This document shows positions 22,503 through 34,740 of a DNA stretch of 64,000 nt, one piece after another. Below the pieces are notes generated by a model, which was not told where the DNA came from, ran no database searches, and saw only the letters and a list, made by a program, of their open reading frames with translations. Location of the stretch: the NCBI RefSeq assembly GCF_009914755.1, contig NC_060925.1; one strand, written 5' to 3'. Position 1 is the stretch's first letter. Every line of letters starts with the position of its first letter. Source of the DNA: the human T2T-CHM13v2.0 reference genome, Homo sapiens. A program made the translations under genes and the position numbers.

Positions 22503-25500
22503 TTGGAATCTGGGACTTGTAGTCAGCTGGATGTTCTGGGCCAGATGAGAGTGGAGGTGGCTGGGCACTCTTTGGCCCTTGAATCTCCTTTGAGCAGTGT
22601 GGGAACCAAGGCCTCAGTGAGAGGCCTCCCTTCCCCACAGGCCTCGGCCCCCACTGCTCCCACAGCACCCCCAGGACTCCTTGTCACTTCCAAGGCCCAG
22701 GCTCTGCCCACAGGGCCAAGCTCTTGGTGGGTCCTCAGTCATGTTTGCTGAAAGAATGAAAATGAATGAATGAGACTGACAAAACCTCAGAGGCCACTCC
22801 ACCGTGGGAGAGCCAGGGCCAAGGGGTAGACAAACCTGGTTTGTTCCTGGCCCCAAGGTTTCAGCCTGGTCTGCAGCCTCCCTGAGCTCCCACATCCTCA
22901 CCTGCAGCATGCGGGGGGCCAGGGCGTGGCTGGCAGTGTGGGAAGAGCCCGGCACACAGGGACCACCCAGTCAGTGCCAGCTACAGTGAGAGCCGTGGCC
23001 CAGTTCTTTTTCTTTTTAAAATGACAGATTTAACTTCAGCATCCTTTTTCTCTCTGACTATCCCGAAATCTCTTGTTCCTAGAATCCCCTCTCCCCACCC
23101 CACCACTGCTGGGGAGAAGGGGGTGCATTGGGGAGGCTCAGCCTCTGCACAGCCACTGGAGGCCAGTGCTTGGCTGGTCATTACATAGGCCTGGTTACAA
23201 GGAGGGGGTGAAGCCCAGATCTCTCCGCTTTCTGCCTCCAGCTCTGTCAGCATCTGCCCTAGGAGTGTCATTGCAGAGATGGGAAGTGAAGGTGGGTGAG
23301 GGGCTGAGTGGGAGCTTTGATCCATGAAGCTCTAGATGACAATGGAAATGAGGCACAGAGGCCATGGCTCTGGGAGAGGGAGGAGGAAGGGAAGAAGAGA
23401 GGCCATGAGCAAGGGTGGTGGGGCTGTGAGGGTGGTGGGGCTGGGAGAGGGTGGAGGAAGGGAATGATGGTTTTGTAGATGCAGAGAGGACTTAGCCCTT
23501 TATATAGTGTTTTAATATTTCTAACAGCTCATCAGCTTGATAGACTTGTTTTCAAATTATTATTTTAAAATCTGAAGTGTCTAAACCTCCTTTTCAATGG
23601 TTCAGGTTTCATCCCCCACATCACTTCCTTCCCCAGCTCACCTGGGCTGCTCGCTAAGCTGGGTGGGACAGGATGGGGGCAGGGCTGCTGGGGGCAGGCA
23701 TCCATGGCTGGACTGAGGTCCCCTGTGCTCTGTCCTCTGATACTCAAGGGACTGATCACTCGGCTGGGAAAGTGGCTGAGCTGTCCGTAGTCTGGGCACC
23801 CGGGGAAACCGCTCCTCCTCTGTGCATCTCATGTGTAAAATGGGGAAGATACATTCTAAGACTTGTGGGGGTGAGGGGGTGATGCCATAGTGTGGGCAGA
23901 GGCCTAGAGCCGCATCCTCTGCCCTGAGCAGTTGCTCAGAGACTGTTAGGCGCCCTATGCCTCTTACCCACCGCTCCCGCCTGCAAGGACAGAGCAACCC
24001 AGAGGGCTATTTGGAAACTTTTCACGCAAATGATAGAAATCCACCCAAACTAACATAAACAAAATGGGAAAGCATTAGCTACAGGAACTGAAAAATCCAT
24101 GGGGTGTTCCAAATTCTGAGCTGGCTTCTTCAAGAGAGCCTCCATGATCTCCCCAGGACCTGGTTCCCCTCTCCTCCATTTCTCTCTCCTGACCTGCTCG
24201 GGTCACAGAGTCTTGTCCTCGGAGCTCAGCTCAAGTCTCACATGGTTGGGTCCCTTGGTAAACTCCTATTCATCCACAAAAACCCAGATGAGAGGCCTCC
24301 TCTCTGCCTATAAAGTAAATCATCTTCTCCTCTCCATTGCTTCTGAACTAGGTAATGGAACTGTGATTGATTTATTGTCTATTCATCCACACGGCTGGGT
24401 TTGAACATCGGGGAGGTCAGCACATCAACTGACCAGGGTTGGAGCCATTCATGCACTCCGAGGCAGAGTCATTCCTATCACTGGGGGCTGCTGAGCTTGT
24501 GTCCCAAGACTCCCCTGGTTCTAAGCCCATGTCCCCATGCAATGTGGTGCTCCTGACGGGTAGGCTGAGACCCCCAATTCTTGATCTCCAGCCATGTTGC
24601 CAGCGGAAGCTGTGCAAGGACCCAGGAGACCAAGTGCAACATGGAGCTGGGAAAGGGGAGTTTTCTCTACTTCTGTGCAGAGCAGGCACCTCTCAGGAGA
24701 CCAGAGAGCAGGCAGCTCTGGAAGCCTGAAGACCCAGCCCCATTAGCATAGACAGTGGCCTCCCCACACCGCACTGGGGAGTGACAACAGGGCAGTCAAG
24801 GGGCACCTCTATAGGCTCTCCGAGTAGAGACATTGACAGTGGGAGGGGAGCAGCCCTCATTCTGCAGCTTTCGCCGACTGCAGCTGTTGATGGGAAGGTT
24901 TTTGAGTCCACGTTAGACCCTCAAGGGATTCTTAGATTAGGAAAGGGCAGTTGCAAGGCACAGTTCCCTCAGGTTCTGGAGACACTCGGAGCTGAAGAGA
25001 CCCAAGCTTACCTGTCACACTGTGTTTCCATCCACAGGCTGGTGAGACATTCAGAGACCAGCCTGGGGCACCCAGCATCCTCACACCTGTCCCTAGTGGG
25101 TGGCTTGACACAGAGTCAGGAAGACAACCTGGCTCGTTTTGTAAGTAAAGACCCTGGCTCTTCTGACCCCCGTGTCCCCAGTCACTTCCCCAGCCCTGGA
25201 GCTATCAGAGGCTGCCAAGGGTACCATAGCGGCTGTTGGCCCAGGAACCCGCTGCACTTTACCTACCCAGATCTGTACCTGGGACACAAAGAGCTTGTCA
25301 GCACATTTTATTTTCTGTGAGCACATCAACTTTCCAAGTAGCATGGAGATTAAAGTATGTCTAGACATCAGAGATAGAAAAACTAATATCCAATTCTGCA
25401 GGTTTTACTGGTCTCACCCATGGTCACCTGCTGTCCCTTCCTGGGGATCACCTGAGGCCTGGCTCTGTGTTCTCAAAGTCTTGTGCTTGCATCCCCAACA

Positions 25501-25961
25501 CGAACACAAAACGGCAGTTTTCCCTCTGAGGACAGGGGAATGTGACCTCAGAATTGTGTTGTCTTCCTCCAATCAGGACCTCATTCCTTTTCACAGAATT
25601 CACAGATGGAGGTTTCCAAGACAAGGAAAGCCTTAGTGGTAATTAACATTTCCCTGCACTCTGGAAAACACAGTGTGGAGTTCTTTTTAAGGAGCTTCAG
25701 CATGAGAGATTCTGGGGGGGCAGCCAGGCATTAGCAGGTACCCCAGCAGGAAGAGCAAGAATTCAGAGGAAAGGAGGGGTGCCAAGTTGAGAGGTGAGAG
25801 GGTGAGCCTTGAGGTAGGATCAAGAAGACCCCATGACAGGGGCAGGAGCCAGCCTGGACCCCCTCCAGCAGGGTGATGGGTTGCTCTGAGCCTCTAGGGA
25901 GGGAGGGAGGGAAGGGAGAAGCAGGGAGGCACCAGGAGCATCCTGCGGAGTTTTAAAGTCC

Positions 25962-26010
25962 CTCCTGGTCTTCTAGCTCTCCTGGTCTTCTGGCTCTCCT
26001 GGCCTTCTGG
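25962..26010. repeat. 17-bp tandem repeat, ~3 copies (CTCCTGGTCTTCTRGCT)
   Basis: Directly visible. Confidence 0.85.
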
Positions 26011-27389
26011 TCCTGCCCATTCCCCGACCCTGCTTTGATTATATGGTCTCCTCCATCCCAGATGGTGATGAGGGAGGATCTCATGTGGCTGAAGGAGGGG
26101 GCAGTCTAGGGGAGCAGCAGGAAATGTGGGTGGAGGAGAAGTTGAGGTTAATTCCCAAGAACATCAATTGCTGTGCCTATGAGCTTGAGTTTTAACTCGA
26201 AGGCAAGAGGAGCTGCAGAGGGCTTGGAGTTCTTGTCTGAGTGTTTGTTTTTAACAGGGGGAACATGATGGGCGTGTGCCTCTGTGGCGGCTCACTCAAG
26301 ATGGATTGGAGGGAACCTGAGGCAGGGGGCCTGGGGAACAAGAGTGTTGCAGTGGTCGGGTGGGAGGTGAGAGTGGTCTGGAGCTGGCATCCAGGGCTGG
26401 AGAGGAGGCGACAGATCTCATCACGTGGCAGCAGGCAGAATTCAGCAGCAAGAAGAGGGGAAAAGGAGAGAAGTGGCTCCACATCCAGCAGCCACTGAAC
26501 ACCCAGTGTGCACCCACACCTGCTCTTCAACAGAACTTACCAGCTGCCTCAGGAGATCAGCTTGGGCATCTCTGATTGTCAGATGGATAGAGAAACATGA
26601 GGCAATGTCATGTCCAAACCTGGAAGAGGTCAAGGGATGTTTCTGAGGCAGAATTGACAGTTTCTGTGACAGCACAGGCGTGGGGAGGGCTGACAGCCAA
26701 GGAGAGAAGACGTTAGCATTTTCCGACTCCCTCTTCTCCCACAGGCTCTGGCTGGGTCCTTCTTTCCCACCCCAATTCACCCTGCATCCTAATGGCTGAC
26801 CTGCTCCTCTCTACTGTGTGTCCCTGGGGAAATCACTTGTCCTCTCTGAGCCTCAGTTTCCCTGTCTGTGAGGTGAAGGGCTTGAACAAGGAAATAGAGC
26901 TCCCACTAGATGAGCCAACATGCCCACCTCCCCAGAATCCTAGACACCCAGGATCACTGCTCCTAATGGATGAATCCTGAAGCACAGACTCCTGCTTCTG
27001 CTTCTTCCTGTTCCTGTGTGACATCAGCAGTCACCAGGCAGAACAGCTGTTCTCCACGTCACATGCATCTGCTCAAGGACCACTGTGGCTCCCACTGTCA
27101 GCTGCCTCAAGCCATCAGCATCAGCATCAGACATCCCTACTCAGCAGCTTTACCACTGGCCATCTCTCCCACCCCTTCCCTACAGGAGATTCCAGGCAAA
27201 GCAGCCTAACCCCACCCTCACCCTGCCAGGGATTTGCTTCTGCTGTATCTCTTCCCTCCCTTCTCCTCCCCCTTCTGAGAAACTCCTATGCATCCTTCAA
27301 AGCTCAGACTTCATCTCTTTGGTGAAATCTTTTCCAGGCAGAAGGAATTCCTCCCTTAATTCTGCCCCTCAAGCTGAGAGGTGAACATG

Positions 27390-27540
27390 TTCTGAGTGCA
27401 TAATAGGTGCCAGGCTTTCTCCTTGTCCATTACTGCATCATCTCACTTAATTCTTACCACCACCCTGTGAGACAGAGATCATTACTCTCTACTGTACAGA
27501 TGAGGAGACTGAGGCTCGTAACTTGCTGAGACCACACAGT
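27390..27540 (-). mobile_element. MIR SINE
   Basis: TACAGATGAGGAGACTGAGGCTC..AACTTGC. Confidence 0.75.
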
Positions 27541-27575
27541 GGAGCACCTACCTCCACACTGTTTGTAATTATCTG

Positions 27576-28146
27576 TGTGGCAGGCAGCTTCTGGCATGCT
27601 CCCAGTGACCCCGGCCTCCTGTACTCATGGTCTTTTGTAATCCCCACCCCTTGAGTGTGGGCTGGATCTAGTGACTTGCTTCTCATGAATAGAGTGTGAC
27701 AATAACAATGGGTATCATATCACTTATGAAATTAGCTTACAAAAGACTGACAGCTGTCTTGCTCTCCATATTATTATTTTTAGCTTTTATGCTCTCATGA
27801 AGCAAACTGTCATGTTGCAGAGGTCCACAGAGCAAAGAACTGAGGACACCCTCTGGCCAACAGCAGCAAGGAAGGGAGGCCCTGAGGCCCTCAGTCCAGT
27901 GGGAAATTAGATCCGGCCAACAACCACATGAGCTTAGAACCAGGTCCTTCCCCAGTCGAGCCTTCAACTATGACCACAACCCTGGCTAATGCTCTGATTA
28001 CAGCCTCTATGCAACCCTGAGCCAAAAAACCTGGTTAAGGAATGACTGGATTCCTGACCCACAGAAGCCATAAGTCATCAATATGGGTTCTTTTAAGCAG
28101 TTAAGTTTTGGGGTGACATATCACAAGTCAAGAGATAACTAATACA
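27576..28146 (+). mobile_element. MLT1F-like solo LTR (ERVL-MaLR)
   Basis: TGTGGCAGGCAG...GATAACTAATACA. Perfect 5-bp TSD ATCTG. Confidence 0.85.
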
Positions 28147-28456
28147 ATCTGATTCCTCATCTGGATCTCTAGGAACTGCAGGCAGGAGTCATTTCTGAAT
28201 CATCTGTATTGCAAGTACCAAAAACAGTGTCTGTAAGTATGAATAAATTTCTGTTGTTGAAGGAATGCATCAGTCAGGTAATTCCCACTTCCATGCCTTT
28301 TCTCATGCCAGTCCCCCTGCCTGAGACACATTTCCCACTCTTTTCTGCAAAGTACCTTTCGTGTCCATAGCCTGTCTCTTCAGGGAAGCCTTTCTAAGCA
28401 TGTAATTCCCCAGAATATCTTTGCATGCCTCTGTTCACCTTCGTGGAGTTTCCCCA

Positions 28457-28457
<1 letters not shown>

Positions 28458-28488
<31 letters not shown>
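28458..28488. repeat. (CA)15 microsatellite
   Basis: Directly visible. Confidence 0.95.
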
Positions 28489-28491
<3 letters not shown>

Positions 28492-28710
28492 TACACTCAT
28501 GAGATGCATGTCCCCAGAGGGCTGGACCTGCCTCATTTAGCCTCTTCCCCCAAAGGACCAGGCCTTGTGCTTCACAAGAAAGTGCTCAAGATGCAATCAA
28601 ATTGAAATTTGATCCTCCGAACTTAGCCCCATTTGGGTTAACGACAAATCCCACCACCTATGTCTGCAGTGTCAGCTCCCCATATCCCTCCTGCAGGGGG
28701 CCAAGAAATG

Positions 28711-28826
28711 AGCAGCGACCCCAGGGTCAACCAGACCTGGGTTCAAATCCCCCTCCCACCACTTAATGAGCTGAGTGGCCTGGGACGAGTCAATCATCCT
28801 CAGGAACTCAGACTTGCCTCCAAGAT
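28711..28826 (+). repeat. Left arm of a 116-bp inverted repeat (MIR 5'-half derived)
   Basis: CAGACCTGGGTTCAAATCC MIR motif. 102/116 ungapped identity to the reverse complement of 30017-30132. Confidence 0.9.
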
Positions 28827-30016
28827 AGTGGGAACAGCCGTGTTTATGTTGGGGAGAGTGCGGGGTTGATGGGAGGTGGCCCTGGCACACAGTAGGTGCT
28901 CAGCAAACCTCAACACCCACCTCTCTCAACAAAGCCAGGCAAACTATAAGCTGAATCTAATGCAGAACCCACAGTGAAAGAAGCTTCTGCATGAAGCCTT
29001 GATCAGAGCAGCCTCGGGTCCCCAGCCCCTCTCCTCAGAGGCCCCAGCCAGGCCCAGGCCTCAGCCCACCTCAGCTTACCTCTCCCATCACAAAGTGTGT
29101 GGTTTGTGCACAGTTGCACTTTATACTTATTATGTAGAATAAATCTTCCAGGCTGTTCAAATTTCAATTAAAAAACTTCTCCCCCAGAGGAATGGCTGCA
29201 CTCGGCAAAGGTCACACATAAAACATACTGTACTGGACGGGAAAGGAGGTGAGGGCTGGATAAGCAGCAGTTGCCATTCATTAGCGGAAATTACAGCATC
29301 TCCCTTCAAGGAGCACTTGCTCTCCCAAGGCTCCAAAGCCCAGATGACTGCACTTTCCCTCAAGAGGCACTGCTTCTTACAGCAAGGGTGTGAGTTGCCT
29401 TTACAGAGCGCTGCCTCCTCAGACCCACGCGAGCCCTGCACCACGAAAGGATCATTACTCCCACTGCAGGGATGGAGACACATAGGCTGAGAGATGCAGG
29501 GTCTCGCCCAGGATCACACACAGCAGGAAGGGGCGGGCTGGGCTTTGAACCCAGGTGTCTCCGGCTCTAAGGCCCCTTCTCCTTGCCCCCCACTCTCCTG
29601 CTCCCAGGGAATGTGGGAGGATTACAGCAGGAAAGGTGAGCAGAGAAATCAGCCCAATCCAGGCAGATACTTCCTAGACTTTGGGTTCAACCCACTCTTC
29701 TGCTCATTAGCATAATATTTGCATGCCATGAGGCCTTAAGTACAAGCTAAAAAACTCCAGAAACAAAAAGCCATCTATTAACTAGTACAATCCACTGTGT
29801 ATGTAGCTGCAGGATGTCTTCAGAGCACCATAACACGGAGAACAGATTGTGAAATGATCCATCTCACGGCCTCCAGGGGCGGCAGAGCCCACCTGGCCTG
29901 GAAACAGCACCACCGTCTCCCCGACCCGCCCACCTTTCTCCCTGTCAGAAGGAGGAACCCAAGGGAGTGTCTCTATGTGTCGCTTTATCCTCTGCACTGC
30001 TGCATCTTTACCGGCC

Positions 30017-30132
30017 ATCCTGGAGGAGAGTCTGAGCTCCTGAGGGTGATTGACTAGACCCAGGCCACTCAGCTTGTTAAGTGGCAGGAGGGGGATTTGA
30101 ACCCAGGTCTGGTTGACCCCAGGGTCCCTGCT
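30017..30132 (-). repeat. Right arm of the 116-bp inverted repeat (MIR 5'-half derived)
   Basis: Reverse complement of 28711-28826 with 14 substitutions. Confidence 0.9.
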
Positions 30133-31609
30133 TTTTCTTTTATATTCATGTGTTCTTCCACCATGAAACCAGGGCTGCAAGAAGGATGGATAACTAGCCA
30201 GAGGCAGAGCCTTCTCCCAGCCCAGAGCCACAGGGAGTTTCAGACAACTCCCCATGCCCAGAGATGAAAGGATTTCCTGGGCAGAGTGAGGACAGGTGAT
30301 CTGGCCCAGGTCACACAGACACCACTGAGAAGTGGCAGGCTCCCCTCCGATGGGTGGCTCTGGACTCCCCCAGGGTCCACCCATTAACGCCCTGCCCCTG
30401 AGTGACCTGGGAGGAGGAAGCTGGGTGGGGACCTTGGGGACTTGAGGCCTAAATGAAGTCACACTGGGTTCTTTAAACTGCCCGGCCCCCTTCACGGGCA
30501 CAGGAAGGATCGTGGCTACTCACAGCAGAGGCCAGAGTCATGCACGGGTTGGGGGCTGAGGGAGGGCTGGGCAGTGAATAAATGCACTGAGGAAGGGGAG
30601 CTCAGGGCTGATGGGGAATAAACCCACGCCTGGTGAATGAGGGCACAGGTCCTGAGTGGGCGGGTGGGGGAATGGGAGAGAAAAATGAATGGCTGCCCGG
30701 GGAACAGGAGACAAAGTGAAGCCCGGGTGTGAGGAAGCTGGGGCCGCCTTTGAGCTGCCTCCTTCAGTCTACGCTGCTGCCCTGCACGAGAGCCACCAGC
30801 ATCAACCCTGTCCTGCAGGAGGAGCACGGGCACAGAGAGGTTAGGCAACGTGCCCCACATCACACAGCTCACGGGGGCAGAGCTGAGATCCCAGCTTCCT
30901 ATGTCCCCACAGCGTGCCTCCGGCTGCTCCCCCACATCTACCCTGGGCTGGTGCCAGGGCCCAGGCTCATCAGGGGACTTGGCCTTTTTTATTCCCCAGT
31001 TGGCATTTGAAGTGAACTTAATGAGATCCAGCCCTTTATGTCAGAATAAAACCATGCCAGACCCTTCTAAACTGCCCTAATGTTCCGGTGCTGGGTTTCA
31101 GCATCCAATCATTCCATGTGCTCAGGGCTGGGGTTTGGCTGGGCACGGACCTCCTCTGTCTGATGATTGTTTCTGGTGTGCTCTCATTGGTTCCACTTTT
31201 CTGCCCCTGCCTGGCTGGTGGGGTCCCACGAGGCTGGGCAGCTGCACTCTCTCCCCCAAGCTGAGACTGGGCACCAAAGGAGGGTGGAGGGTCTCTGCAG
31301 GAGGCTACCTGTGCCTGCCATGGCTCCGAGCATCCTCACCCCCCCATCCTGGATGGTGGCATCCAGGGCCCACTGCCCCCAGACCAGGCCTGCACTTCAC
31401 CCCCACATCCTGACACTCCAAGTCTTCATGTGCTCCCGGCTCCCAGGCCTTGGCACAGCCTGTTCCCTGCACCTGGAATGCCTTTCCCAGATCTTCTCCA
31501 TCTGGAGAATCCTGCTCATCCCCCAGGCCCAAGGATGGAGGGACGGGGGGAATTAATATATTTTAACCTGACTGTGCCAAGGACCGTGCTGGGAGGTGAG
31601 TGCCCTCCG

Positions 31610-31745
31610 TGAATCCCAACACAGCCCTGCACCAATCACACAGAGGGGGCTTCATAAGCCCATTTCACAGATAGAGAAACTGAGGCTCTGAGGCATTGAG
31701 TAATTTGCCCAAATTCATCCCATGGTCGGTGGCAGGGCTGGGATA
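31610..31745 (-). mobile_element. MIR SINE
   Basis: CCCATTTCACAGATAGAGAAACTGAGGCTC..GTAATTTGCCCAA. Confidence 0.75.
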
Positions 31746-33945
31746 ACTCCGACCAGTCAGCTGACCAGCTGGCCCACAGACCAGCCTTGTCTGTCCACTC
31801 CTGGCTCTGGGTGTTCTCTCAGCCCCTGAGAAGGGGCATCATCCCTTCCTTCATGCCCGCCCAGGATGCGGAGCCTCCTTCTTCCTCCTTTCATCTAGTT
31901 CTTCCCATCCTCCTCTGTCCCTCACTGGTCCCCTCTGGAGGGAGGTGCCCCTCCCTGGCCTCCAGGCTCCAGCCTGAGCAGTCTGCTCCAGCCTTGGTGA
32001 ACAGAGGTGGCTGCAATGGGCTGACGCAGCTGCTGTGTCCATGGCCAGTGTCCAGGCTCTGCCCCGGAGAAGGACAGGCCCCTCCAGCCCAAGGATAAGC
32101 TGGCTCCTGTGTTTGTCAGAAGAAACTTGGCTTCCTCAACAGTGTCAGGTTCATCAGTTTTCACATTTAGCTCCTCAGGGGCATGGAGTGGGTGGGGGGA
32201 GGCAGGAAGTGTGGGCAGAAGGGGGGTGGGATATGTGGAAGCAGATTTAGGTTCAGCATCAACAGATCTACCAACCAGTGGGGCAGACTGCCCTGGCAGT
32301 GGGTGACCTCCTAATCCCTGGGAGGATTCAAGTTCTTTCTCAAGGAACAGTGAAGGGAAGACTTCCCACATGACCAGGGGGAATTGCACTAAGGTCACGT
32401 CCTGTGCTGAGATGCTGATTCCACAATATCTATTTCAGCTCCATGCTTCTCCTGATTGTTCTGTGATTCCAGGGGTCTGAGCTGTGGGTGAGGCTCCAAG
32501 TCTTCTCCAGAGATGCCTTCATTCTGAGAGTCTTGAGTCCGTGAGTCCACAAATGATTCTGTGATTCTGGAATTCTAAGATTCTGTGAAAGGGAGCAGAT
32601 ACTCAGATTCTGTGATTTAAAGCTTTTATGAAAGTGTTTTGAAGCTCACGAAAGAAGCTCTGACTCCGAGATCCCATGTGTGACAGCTGCCATGGAGGGG
32701 ACTGCAAGATCTGAAAATCCTCCGCCCGAGTGTGGGAAGGAAGGTTCCAGGGCCCTCTCCTCCTGTTTCAGAATCTGCAGGAGGACGTTGGGCCAAAGAT
32801 CTCTAAGCTCCTCTCATCATCAAAATGCAGGGTCCTGGTCACTGACTCTAGATTCCCCCCTCCCAGGGCTCACCCTAGTCTGCCCCTCCCAGCACCTTCA
32901 CGTCTGAGTGGGTTAAATGGGCCCTGAATCCCCAGGTGACAAATCCATGAGCCCAGCTCTCAGCAGATGCATCCCAGCTGAACAAGCAGCTGCTGCTAGG
33001 GTTGCTGTTTTCCTGTCATATTAATTATGAGGAGTGAGACTGGTAGGCGGCCTTCGCTGAGAGGAGTTTTCTGGTGCATCCTTGGGATGAGCAGCTTGGG
33101 AACCAGGAGCCAGGAGCCCCCTGTTGTTTCGAGTCTGTTTATTCTTCTGATGGACTCGCCCTGCCCCGCTGTGGAGGTCTTCTCCCGTATTTCCCCATTT
33201 AATTGGTTGTATTCTCAGTGGTCTCTGAGCAACGGTTGTCCTGCCAGGGTCAGTTCGGGTTTCTCTGGAAAATAATGATTCCCTGGCAGGGGATAAACGG
33301 GAGAATAGGCAAGGAGGGGCTGGAATTCTGGAGGAAGCCAGATCTGCACTGGGTCTTCCAGGACATCCCAGGGTGGCCCCCTCTCCTCTCACCCCAACTT
33401 TAGCAGCTCCCGAGCAGGAAGGTTGGAGTCCCAGGGTCACCTGCTGAAGAAAGGAAACCAGAGCCCAGAACCCAGTAGACTTGGTGGGGAAGAGACAAGC
33501 CACTCCCATCTTCGCTCCTCAGGGGCCTCTCCTGAGACAGCCCCCGAGCTGGCCTGGCCTGGGCCCCTGTGAGCTGGTGGGGAGGCTCTGACTGTCACCC
33601 CAGGAAAGGTGGGACAGAGGCTTCCACAGGCTGTGCAGACCCAGGCTCAAGGCTCAGATAGTTCCAGACTTTCCAGGCTGAGGCTCAGGGACCCAGAAGG
33701 CCTGTGCGCTGGTGACCAGGACCCAAGAACCACTGCTCCCACCCTCTGCCTGTTTAATGACAGTCTCTACTCCCACCCTCCAATTGACTGGGCTCCTTGA
33801 CAACAGGGACCTTGTCTTCCTTGTTCAGTGCCATGTCCCTCCACTGGAGCCTGATGCAGGGCCGGGAATCGTGAGTGGGGGGGAGGAAGGGGGCTGGGGG
33901 AGTTCCGTGATCTGCCTACCAGCCAGGCCCTCCACACATAGCGCA

Positions 33946-34001
33946 CAGACACACACACACATGAACACATGTGCATGCACACACACACACACACACACAC
34001 A
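33946..34001. repeat. Interrupted (CA)n microsatellite
   Basis: Directly visible. Confidence 0.9.
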
Positions 34002-34499
34002 TCTGTGCCCCGTCAGAGCCTCTCCCACAAGCTACTCTCTCACCTGCCTGTTTTCTGCCCCTCTACCCATCAGACTATGACCTCCTCTCAGAAGGACCAG
34101 CCTCCTGGGGCCGTGTTCCCCCCACATCAGTGAAGAGTGCCTGATGGTTCAACTGAAATCCCTTTAACCCTTCTCCCTCCATGGTGCCCAGACTGGGGTT
34201 GTATGATAAATGTGGCAGGAACTGAAAAACTACTGGTGAAATAAAGAACAGGTAAAGAAAGGAAAGAAGTGAGTGTCCACAGGTACCTGGACATGTGCAC
34301 ACCTGTGCGGGAACTGCATAGCAGACTGGGGTCTGCTGAGGGTCAGGCCCTCTCGCCACCCCCATCCCTACTGTAGGTGGTAAGGCAGGCCCAGCTGTGG
34401 GGCCACCGGAGAGGGAGGGGGCGCTAGAGAGAAGCAGTGGGCATTGATTGAGCCCATGTCCAGGGTCAGGCTCTGTGCTAGGGAACTTATGGTTTCACT

Positions 34500-34740
34500 C
34501 GACAGCACTTACTGAGCACCTACTGTGTGCATTGTTCTAGTACTTGGGGCCATCAGAAAACAAAACAAAGATCCTTGCCCTCTGGGAACTGACATTCCAA
34601 TGGGGCAGTCAGGTGATAAATAGTAAGCATAATACATAATTAAGTTATAAGGAATATTGGAGGGAGTGTGGAGGCATGTGGTAGAGGCAGGGTTGAGAAT
34701 TAAATGAGATGGCTGGGAAGCCTCCAGCCTTGAGGCACAA
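34500..34740 (-). mobile_element. L2 LINE 3' end
   Basis: TTACTGAGCACCTACTGTGTGC..GATCCTTGCCCTC..GACATTCCAATGGGG. Confidence 0.75.

Noticed and set aside
29782-30501. 239-aa minus-strand ORF sharing a peptide with ORF 28660-28869
   Set aside because: The shared VNQTWVQIP..NHPQELRL peptide simply reflects the MIR-derived inverted repeat, not paralogous genes.
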